This document shows, in pieces, positions 57,362-64,000 of a stretch of 64,000 nt of DNA. The stretch comes from an uncultured Desulfarculaceae bacterium (lineage in GTDB: Bacteria > Desulfobacterota > Desulfocorpusculales > Desulfocorpusculum), in assembly GCA_964414345.1 (NCBI GenBank), contig CAYPWF010000004.1, forward strand, positions 23,865 to 87,864, given 5' to 3'. Each line of letters starts with the position of its first letter. Position 1 is the stretch's first letter. The notes beneath the pieces are model-generated. The model was given only the letters and a program-made list of their open reading frames with translations. It searched no databases and had not been told where the DNA came from. The position numbers and the translations under genes are program-made.

Positions 57362-58162
57362 TTGAACAAACCAAATTACAGGGGTGATGAAAGCCAGTTG
57401 CTCCAGGAAGAAAGCCCCTTAAGATTCGTTTGCAAGCCAGGGCTAAAGTGTTTTACCAAGTGCTGCAGGGACGTGAACATCTTCCTGGGGCCTTACGATA
57501 TAGTCAGACTGAGGAAAAGACTGGGGATCAGCTCCGGGGAGTTTCTGGATCAATACACCATTACCGTGGTTCCCGAGGCAACAGGCTTTCCTTTGATACT
57601 GCTCAAAATGCAAGAGGAGAAGGCAAAGGCGTGCCCTCTCTTGGGCCCTCAAGGTTGTACGGTTTATGAGGACAGGCCCTGGTCCTGCAGAATGTTCCCT
57701 CTGGATCGGGCAGAGCAGGAGGGGTTTTATCGTTTGGTGGCACCCCCGGAGCTTTGCCTAGGGCTCCAGCAGCCCTCCGAGACAACAGTGGCACAGTACC
57801 TGGAAAGCCAAGAGATTGCAGCATATGAAGAGGTGGAGGCCAGGCTGAGCCGTTTGGGGCCTAGTCCGGCTCTTCTTAGGGAAGGCATAAGGAACCAGAA
57901 GATCCAGGAGATGTGCCGGATGGCCATGTACGACCCTGACAGGTTCAGGAGGTTCGTGCTGGAATCCAGATTCCTGCAGATTTTTCACGTGGAGCGGGAC
58001 CTGGTGGAGATCCTGCCCTCGGATGACCTGGCTCTTCTGGAGTTGGGACAGAGGTGGTTGCGCTTCGGGTTGGTGGCAGGTGAGAGTATGAAGATCAGGG
58101 AGGAGCTCGTCAAACCTGAAGCAGCAGACAATCCGGGGGGAGGAAATGGGAGCGCAATCTGA
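57362..58162 (+). CDS. YkgJ family (CxxCxxCC zinc/iron-chelating, UPF0153/FliB-like) Cys-cluster protein, paralog 1
   Basis: 266 aa. TTG start inferred from the ORF track. FVCKPGLKCFTKCC and CPLLGPQGCTVYEDRPWSCRMFPL match the two Cys clusters of the family. Confidence 0.6.
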   Translation: MNKPNYRGDESQLLQEESPLRFVCKPGLKCFTKCCRDVNIFLGPYDIVRLRKRLGISSGEFLDQYTITVVPEATGFPLILLKMQEEKAKACPLLGPQGCTVYEDRPWSCRMFPLDRAEQEGFYRLVAPPELCLGLQQPSETTVAQYLESQEIAAYEEVEARLSRLGPSPALLREGIRNQKIQEMCRMAMYDPDRFRRFVLESRFLQIFHVERDLVEILPSDDLALLELGQRWLRFGLVAGESMKIREELVKPEAADNPGGGNGSAI

Positions 58163-58928
58163 TCCCACCGGGGATCGGCCCTGTGGGGAGTGCGGAGGGT
58201 TCAGTATCCTGGCAGAAGGCCGTTTCCGATTTGCATGCCATCCCCAAGTTCCATGTTTCAATGAATGCTGTGCAGACCTGAGGCTGGTTTTGACCCCCTA
58301 CGACATATTGCGCATGAAGAACAGCTTGGGTATGGACTCAGGAGAGTTCCTGGCCAAGTACACCGTGCCTGTCCGGGAGGGGGGCTCTCCCTTGCCCATG
58401 CTCAGACTCAAGATGGAGGAGAGCGGAAGAAGGCCCTGTCCCTTTGTGCGAGAGGAAGGCTGTGGCATCTATCCGGACCGACCCGGGGCCTGCAGGCTTT
58501 ATCCATTGGGCAGGGGTGCCTCTAAGGCAGACTCCAAGGGGGCGGACCGAGAGTTTTATTTCTTGGTAAGGGAAGATCACTGCAAGGGGTTTGAACAGAG
58601 CAGGCAATGGACCCTTAAGGAGTGGTTGGAAGACCAAGGGGCGCATACCTATAATGAGATGAATCGTCCCTGGATGGAGATAGTAACCAGCCGAAGCCCA
58701 AGGCTCAAAAACCTCAACCCTCAGAGCCTGGGCATGTTCCATATGGCCAGCTACGACCTAGACAGGTTTCGTAAATTCGTTTTTACAACCAGATTCCTGG
58801 AGCGGTTCCATATTCCTGAGGAGGAGGTGGAACAGGCCCGCAGGGATGACGTTGTGCTAATGTTAATGGCTATGAAATGGCTTATCTTCGCTCTACTGGG
58901 GGAGATGAGCCTCAAGCTCCGGGGATAG
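58146..58928 (+). CDS. YkgJ family Cys-cluster protein, paralog 2
   Basis: 260 aa. RBS GGGGGAGGAA directly before the ATG. 17-bp overlap with paralog 1. CGECGG, CHPQVPCFNECC and CPFVREEGCGIYPDRPGACRLYPLGR clusters are collinear with paralog 1. Confidence 0.65.
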   Translation: MGAQSDPTGDRPCGECGGFSILAEGRFRFACHPQVPCFNECCADLRLVLTPYDILRMKNSLGMDSGEFLAKYTVPVREGGSPLPMLRLKMEESGRRPCPFVREEGCGIYPDRPGACRLYPLGRGASKADSKGADREFYFLVREDHCKGFEQSRQWTLKEWLEDQGAHTYNEMNRPWMEIVTSRSPRLKNLNPQSLGMFHMASYDLDRFRKFVFTTRFLERFHIPEEEVEQARRDDVVLMLMAMKWLIFALLGEMSLKLRG

Positions 58929-58961
58929 CCGGAGCCCAGACCTTTGCTTGCGCAACAAGGC

Positions 58962-59315
58962 TCATGATTTGACCCAGGGTGGAACCCCTTCTCCCGGCCG
59001 GTTGCGGAAGTAAAGCTCAGCCACTTCCTGCATGGTCTGCTTAATGACTGCTGCCTGATCTATTTCCTGCTCTGCAAAAAGGCGATTCACCGTCTCCTCG
59101 TCCAGGTCCCGGGTGCCCTTTTCGTAGAGGGCTACAAACTCCTCTTTTCTCTCCTCGGGGAGAGCCGCAATCAGGTTCCGCCCCAGCCTGTTTTCAAAGA
59201 AGTTATAAAGTGACTCCACCATGCGTTCCAGAGCCTCTCCATCCAACTTCGTCTCCCTCTTGGTGATAAGGACTCTGCAGAAGTTCTCTATATAGGGGTT
59301 TTTCCTCTGTTCCAT
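58962..59315 (-). CDS. Hypothetical protein (117 aa)
   Basis: ORF downstream of, and co-directional with, the minus-strand methyltransferase. Charged, helical-looking. No recognised family. Confidence 0.45.
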   Translation of the reverse strand: MEQRKNPYIENFCRVLITKRETKLDGEALERMVESLYNFFENRLGRNLIAALPEERKEEFVALYEKGTRDLDEETVNRLFAEQEIDQAAVIKQTMQEVAELYFRNRPGEGVPPWVKS

Positions 59316-59333
59316 GGATCCTCCAAATATTTT

Positions 59334-60080
59334 TCAACTACTGGTTTTTTGAGGCCTGCCTGAGGTGTATCCCAGGCCCAGTGCCCGGCCTATGGAAACA
59401 AGCCGTGGGCTTTGGCTCGTGTATGGGCTTCCCTGCCTGTCTCCAAACACCTCTACTTCAACAAATCCAGCTTGAGCGAGCATTATTGAAATGGATCGGG
59501 CCCCCCAATATCTGACTCTGCCCGGCCCCTGCGAGGAGTTAAGGGGCAGATCGAACCAGGGAAGCTCCTCAGGTTTTGGGAGCTGGCCCTGGGGATTTTG
59601 CAGAGACCAAAACCTAACCGGGTTGGGGTTGTCTATGAGAAGCTTTCCCCCGGGGGAGAGAAGCCCCTTGAGCTGCCTAAGAAACCCCAGATCGGTTTCC
59701 CAGTCGGCCATATGGCTGAAAGAACCTCCCAGGATGAGCACTGCCTGCAGTTTGGCTCTCACAGGCAGATTTGCCGCGTCTCCCACCAGAAAAAATGCGG
59801 GCACGTCTTGGTCCTTGGCCCAGCGGCCGGCAAAAGCCACCCTGGATTTTGCCAGATCCAGCCCCACTACCCTAACTCCCAGCCTAGCCAAGATAACCGA
59901 GTGCCTTCCATTCCCGCAGAAAACTTCCAGTACGCGCTGACCAGCTTGCAGACCCAAGAGCTCTTTAATCTGAACCGCCTCGCTTCGGCTAAGGGCCGAC
60001 TGTGCTTCCCTGTAGGCCAACTCCTCTTCCAGGGAATCAAATTTCTCCCTTCCCTCATAAAGCGCATGGAACCAATGCAA
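59334..60080 (-). CDS. Class I SAM-dependent methyltransferase
   Basis: 248 aa. Motif I VLEVFCGNGRHSVILA and motif post-I VVGLDLA. Confidence 0.7.
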   Translation of the reverse strand: MHWFHALYEGREKFDSLEEELAYREAQSALSRSEAVQIKELLGLQAGQRVLEVFCGNGRHSVILARLGVRVVGLDLAKSRVAFAGRWAKDQDVPAFFLVGDAANLPVRAKLQAVLILGGSFSHMADWETDLGFLRQLKGLLSPGGKLLIDNPNPVRFWSLQNPQGQLPKPEELPWFDLPLNSSQGPGRVRYWGARSISIMLAQAGFVEVEVFGDRQGSPYTSQSPRLVSIGRALGLGYTSGRPQKTSS

Positions 60081-60164
60081 GTCTTACTCCCGGAACTCAG
60101 AATGCAAAAATTTTAGCATGGATTCCCCAAAAAAACTCGTCTGGCCAGCACTATTGACTATCAT

Positions 60165-60336
60165 TGGATAATGCGGGCTATCTTATCGACATGTTTGGAT
60201 AAACTGGCCTATGCTCAAAACCGTTCTGATTTTCAGTTTCAGATTGGATCTTGCTTTGAGTGGGAATATGTCCAATTAAGGGGGGCCCGGAGGCCTAGCC
60301 CCCAAAGTCGCGGGTCTTGGAGAATGATCCGGGCTA
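60165..60336 (+). repeat. Repeat element copy B (full-length)
   Basis: TGGATAATGCGGGCTATCTTA...ATGCTCAAAACCGTTCTGATTTTCAGTTTCAG...GGGAATATG...GGAGGCCTAGCCCCCAAAGT...GGAGAATGATCCGGGCTAG. Aligns end to end with copy A. Confidence 0.8.
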
Positions 60337-60554
60337 GTGCGGGTTTGCTTATCAGTGCCTAGTCCTCAAATAAGCCATCACTGCCTTGACCAATTTCTCT
60401 CTCACTACTCCCCCCTCCCCAAACCGGTCAACCTTAAGGCTCCGCCTCAACACCCTGGGTAATGTTTCCGGTTTTCCCATTAATCCCCCCATTCATAGGG
60501 CCGGCAAACAAGGGTGTCTTCTAGACCAGAGCATCCCATCACCTATGCAAAGCT

Positions 60555-60625
60555 GGCCCGCATTCCCAAGTGTTCCTGGATAATGCGGGCCTTTGGATTC
60601 AATGCACCCCAAGGGCACACAAAGG
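60555..60625 (+). repeat. Repeat element partial copy F (5' inverted-repeat end only)
   Basis: GGCCCGCATTCC-N11-TGGATAATGCGGGCC, followed by unrelated sequence. Confidence 0.5.
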
Positions 60626-60823
60626 ACTGGCTTTCATCCCGGGTACAAGCTCACACAGGTCCACCGGATTCCCACGCTTCTTCATCTCGTGGCTTCTAAC
60701 CCACTCTGCCCACTCGTCATAGGCAGGATCAGGCCAGATCTCCACCCTGGGCCTCACCAACTCCTCCTCCCGGGCATTTTTCTCTATGGCCTTGAAGTCC
60801 AAAGCCTCTTTTGGTCTCTTCAT
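60599..60823 (-). CDS. Small hypothetical protein (74 aa)
   Basis: ORF flanked on both sides by repeat-element copies. No recognised domain. Confidence 0.3.
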   Translation of the reverse strand: MKRPKEALDFKAIEKNAREEELVRPRVEIWPDPAYDEWAEWVRSHEMKKRGNPVDLCELVPGMKASPLCALGVH

Positions 60824-60918
60824 TGTCGCACCTCCGTTTAATAACTACCACTGAGCTCAACATAACCTGGGAGGAGTCTGCGTCAAGGGGTTCTTTAACT
60901 TGTATTGTTCCCGATCAG

Positions 60919-61097
60919 TGGATAGTGCGGGCCATCCTTGATGATACATTAAGACAAACCGCTCCAGGCTCAAAAGCACCCTGGTTCTGGTTTTCTATTT
61001 TGGCCCTAATTTGAGTTCCGACATTCCAAAGCGTGAGCAGAGGTTTGGGGGCTTGAGCCCCCAAAGTTACGGGCTTTGCATAGAAATCAGGGCTAAG
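60919..61097 (+). repeat. Repeat element copy G (full-length)
   Basis: TGGATAGTGCGGGCCATCCTT...GACAAACCG...GCTCAAAAGCACCCTGGTTCTGG...GGTTTGGGGGCTTGAGCCCCCAAAGTTACGGGCTTTGCATAGAAATCAGGGCTAAG. Confidence 0.75.
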
Positions 61098-61100
61098 GTC

Positions 61101-61370
61101 TCAGTCTATGATCCCTTCTTTCAAAGCCGTGGGCGACCAGACTGGCAGGGGCCCTTTCTCACCTGTCTGAGGATCGTACCTGTGTCTGTAAGAACAGCAG
61201 ACCTCGTATTTTTCCATCATCCATTTCCAGCCGCGCACATAATAACCGCACTCATCATTGAAGCAAACGTACATGTAATCCGACTCCCATGTGGTCATGG
61301 AAGGCGTAGCCCATCGGTTCATGGGAAGACCGCAGTGTGGACAAACCGGCCTCTGTTCCATCGTCTTCAT
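61101..61370 (-). CDS. Small Cys-rich (zinc-ribbon-like) hypothetical protein (89 aa)
   Basis: CPHCG...C..EC and CC pairs (CPHCGLPMNRW...CFNDECGYY...CCSY) suggest a Zn-ribbon. Confidence 0.45.
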   Translation of the reverse strand: MKTMEQRPVCPHCGLPMNRWATPSMTTWESDYMYVCFNDECGYYVRGWKWMMEKYEVCCSYRHRYDPQTGEKGPLPVWSPTALKEGIID

Positions 61371-61750
61371 GCCTCCTTAGTTTTGCGAGAGTTTTGAAAA
61401 GCTCAATTTAGGGCCTTTTTTTAAACAAATCCTGTATCTCATTCCATTAGGTGGGGTTTACGCTTTCCTTGTTTCGAAGCTCTCAGGCCGTTTTAGCCCG
61501 ACTCCTTTAAGCAGTTTTGAAAACCGCTAGGTTGTAGAAACCCCTACTTTTTAGAATACGATATAAGCCTGTGCAGTCAACCCGTAGTTGGTCACGGGGG
61601 TGATGACTCACTTGAACCCAGTTTTTTTGTCTTTCAAGTAAGCTTTCTTCCCCAGCCCTTGACCCAAGAGAGCCATAAAGTATGCTTAGGCAGGAGTGAG
61701 GTTGGTTGCGTTGTTAAGTATCGGTGCATCAAGGGGGCTAGCCTTAAAGG

Positions 61751-61906
61751 ATATATCAGGACAAACCGGTGCAGTCTGAAAAACACCCTGCTTTTGGGTT
61801 TCAGATGAAGCTCTGGTTTGAGTCCGTATATGCCGGAGGATGGCGGGGGTTGGGGTGTAGACTCTTAGAATTTATATATTAGAGTTTGGAGAATAGCCCT
61901 GGTTAG
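61751..61906 (+). repeat. Repeat element copy H (variant 3' end)
   Basis: GACAAACCGGTGCA...GAAAAACACCCTGCTTTTGGGTTTCAG...GGTTTGAGTCCGTATATG...TTTGGAGAATAGCCCTGGTTAG. Confidence 0.6.
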
Positions 61907-61930
61907 AGAGACTTTGAGGAGGTAACAAAG

Positions 61931-62323
61931 ATGAATTGGAAAGGTGAGTCGGACGGGAAAAATGGAATATGTTTCCCTTGTGAGGTCTATGCAGGCGGGC
62001 CTGAGCCCTCGGCATGCAGCCGTGGAGGTGATTATTTGAGTAAGGAAGAAGAGGAGACCCTGGGCGCCTTGAGGGAGTTGAAGGATAAGGCTAGATTTTT
62101 AAGGGGTCAGATCAAGGGTATAGAGTTTGCCGGGGAAATGGGTCACGTGGTGGAGGGAGCTAGGCTGGAGTTATCCAGTGAGCTGGAAGCAGCTATGGCC
62201 GAGATGCAGGAGCTCAGGAAAGCCTGGAAAGAGTTGGAGGCGCGCCTTAGAAAGGCCAATGCTCGCAAGCTGGCTCTCTTAGGGCACGGCCCATGGGAAG
62301 ATGCTGGTGCAGGGAAACCCTGA
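61931..62323 (+). CDS. Hypothetical protein (130 aa) with a Cys-containing N-terminus and a predicted coiled-coil C-terminal half
   Basis: RBS GAGGAGG upstream of the ATG. Heptad-like charged region (EETLGALRELKDKARFLRGQ...MQELRKAWKELEARLRK). Confidence 0.45.
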   Translation: MNWKGESDGKNGICFPCEVYAGGPEPSACSRGGDYLSKEEEETLGALRELKDKARFLRGQIKGIEFAGEMGHVVEGARLELSSELEAAMAEMQELRKAWKELEARLRKANARKLALLGHGPWEDAGAGKP

Positions 62324-62366
62324 GGGATGTGCTAAACGAGTTATGATGGAAGCTCATCCCCTATTG

Positions 62367-63617
62367 CTATTGCAGTTGTTCAATGGCCCAGATGATGTAG
62401 GGCTGACGGCCCACCCTTTCCATGGCTGTTTGGAGCTTCGGAAGGGCTGGCTTATACCCCTTCTTGCCCAGGATGCCTGCAACCCAATTCACGATCACCG
62501 CTAAGGGATGTTCAAGCATTTCCATGAGCCACTGCATTGCCTCAGTACTTCCTATTTCACCTGCAACCGACAGAAGGCCTGTCTTTATTGGATCCATTTC
62601 CGGGTCCCTTGAGAAAGCCTCCTTAATGTATGGAATGGCGCTTTGACCCAAGCTCTCAAGCCCTTTGAGACAGCTTTCCGAAAGATATGGGTAGCGGAAC
62701 ATGGCCAAATCCACAAGGGCTCTTATGGACGGTGGATCCGCCCATTTCACCAGGAGCTCCGGAACCAGCAGTCCGCTCCAGCCGTATTTAGGACACAGAG
62801 GTAAGAGATAGGGTAGAGCCTCAGGTCCGGCCTCTTGGAGCTCTTTCAAAACATCAGCCAGGGCCTCTTTCCTGAGCCTCAAACCTTCCTCTCGGCTTTG
62901 AGGATACCGTTCCACATCTTCTGCCTTTTGAAGCTCTTTGACCAGTTTTATGAGGTGCGGCTGAGACTCCCCAGGGAAAGACTCCTGGTAAGCTACCGCT
63001 TTCCTGGCTACCCAGAGCCTTTCCAGCCATGCCTCGGGGGCGTAAACATGTCCAATACCCTGTTCTTCCGATGCTTCCCAAGAGTGACACCCATGTCTCA
63101 GAAAGTGTTCTTTTTCCCGCAAAGCATTCCTGTGGCCCTGCTCAGCCGCCTCAAGGGCCTCATGGGGCCTGCCCATCTGCAAATAAGCGGTCACGAGGAT
63201 ATCTCTGAATCTGTCATCCTGGGGGAAGCTCTCAGCCCATGTTTGGGCAAGAGAAAGGGCTTTTTGGAACTGACGCTTCCCCAAGAATTCGTAGCCTTCT
63301 TTCACCCTCTGTTCACAAAGGGCCTTGGCTTGCTGGAGTTTCTTGGGTGGTGAGGTCTCCTTGGGGCTCACTTTGGACAAAAGCTCCCTGTGCCTTTCCA
63401 GACAACACTTCTTGTATTTCTTCCCAGAACCGCAGGGGCAGGGCTCATTCCTTCCCACCTTGGCCTTCAAAGCCTCTTGAGCCTGAGCTATCAGAATTTC
63501 CTCCAGTAGGGCTTCCTTATCCTGCATTTCAAAGGGCCTGCTCAACCCAAGCTCAATGGCTTGCCCCTCAAGAGGGACTTGTGTTGTTTGACCGGAATTT
63601 TCCTGCTCTTTTGCCAT
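62367..63617 (-). CDS. SEC-C motif metal-binding domain protein with TPR/HEAT-like helical repeats
   Basis: 416 aa. CPCGSGKKYKKCC is the SEC-C/YchJ-type motif. The remainder is alpha-helical repeat. A purine-rich GAGGAGAGGAGAGGAG lies upstream of the start on the minus strand. Confidence 0.65.
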   Translation of the reverse strand: MAKEQENSGQTTQVPLEGQAIELGLSRPFEMQDKEALLEEILIAQAQEALKAKVGRNEPCPCGSGKKYKKCCLERHRELLSKVSPKETSPPKKLQQAKALCEQRVKEGYEFLGKRQFQKALSLAQTWAESFPQDDRFRDILVTAYLQMGRPHEALEAAEQGHRNALREKEHFLRHGCHSWEASEEQGIGHVYAPEAWLERLWVARKAVAYQESFPGESQPHLIKLVKELQKAEDVERYPQSREEGLRLRKEALADVLKELQEAGPEALPYLLPLCPKYGWSGLLVPELLVKWADPPSIRALVDLAMFRYPYLSESCLKGLESLGQSAIPYIKEAFSRDPEMDPIKTGLLSVAGEIGSTEAMQWLMEMLEHPLAVIVNWVAGILGKKGYKPALPKLQTAMERVGRQPYIIWAIEQLQ

Positions 63618-64000
63618 GAATTTGTTCTCCTCTCCTCTCCTCTCTTCTCAACCCTAAGCAGACCAAGGAATCAGGTTATCCTACCATAAGCCGCCCCCCT
63701 AATCACTTCCTAGGAGGTGAGGCTGTGGCATGTTCTTGGTGAAACCTGGTCTTACAGCTGCCCCCTTTGAGGCGCGCCCCTTTTTTGCCGTAATTGTTGA
63801 TCCCAGGGGGAACAAGGCCAAAGCACCCTGCATTGACATGCTGCCTCAAACTCCCCTATGATCGAATTCCTTGATCTGCTCTTTTCGGGAAGCTTTCTTT
63901 ATGCGAACTCTTTGGCTTATCTTTTGGATGGTTTTCTCTCTTGTCTTTTCTTGGGGCTTGGAGTTGGCTGCGGCCCAACAATCCCAAGCGCCTGTGCGCA

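Noticed and set aside
58928-58962. Possible bidirectional terminator between the YkgJ paralog and the convergent 117-aa ORF (TTGCGCAA palindrome)
   Set aside because: Only an 8-bp palindrome with weak flanking pairing and no U-tract. Insufficient to call.
1-64000. CRISPR arrays, rRNA and tRNA genes, IS elements with transposase ORFs, prophage or integrase genes, canonical defense systems
   Set aside because: No regularly spaced short direct repeats and no recognisable transposase, integrase, restriction-modification, Cas, or nuclease plus ATPase defense-type gene pairs were found. All sizeable ORFs were assignable to metabolic or housekeeping families, or are small hypotheticals.

Overview
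GC-rich bacterial chromosomal segment (by eye roughly 60% GC), most likely from a dissimilatory sulfate-reducing (or sulfur-oxidising) organism such as a member of Desulfobacterota. The anchor is a contiguous, co-directional dissimilatory sulfate activation and reduction module at about 47.8-57.0 kb: sat, a small unknown ORF, aprB, aprA and qmoABC. It is followed by a small ORF and two tandem YkgJ-type Cys-cluster paralogs. Elsewhere in the window:
- 0-8.3 kb: a putative polysaccharide locus (partial GH-like/GT2 fusion synthase, a heterodimeric ABC exporter pair, a second GT2 and a SAM methyltransferase).
- 8.4-14.2 kb: a large PBP/transglycosylase-like gene immediately followed by cydAB.
- 14.2-16.7 kb: a GT4-like gene and an HDAC-family deacetylase.
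- 16.7-20.1 kb: an acyl-CoA dehydrogenase, a DinB-like gene, a hypothetical and a PIG-L deacetylase.
- 20.5-24.4 kb: an alpha/beta hydrolase, rng, a gamma-carbonic-anhydrase-like gene and an FGE-like gene.
- 24.5-27.7 kb: a large TLC/MFS-like transporter fused to HEAT repeats and a cNMP-binding domain.
- 28.1-38.5 kb: nadK, recN, a GNAT, rpoN-hpf-ptsN-hprK-rapZ-EIIA(Man), rimI and pyrK-pyrD.
- 38.8-46.3 kb: an MBL-fold hydrolase, a TPR protein and a minus-strand beta-oxidation operon (acyl-CoA dehydrogenase, thiolase, FadB-like gene).
- 46.8-47.2 kb: a PilZ protein.
- 59-64 kb: a 3' region of small hypothetical ORFs, a methyltransferase and a SEC-C protein.
The most striking non-coding signal is a family of at least 8 copies of a ~130-200 bp structured intergenic repeat, all in the same orientation. 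Each has a conserved GC hairpin and conserved end motifs, and several sit inside operons (cydA/cydB, qmoB/qmoC, pyrD/MBL). No rRNA, tRNA or CRISPR arrays were recognised. No canonical defense system was recognised.
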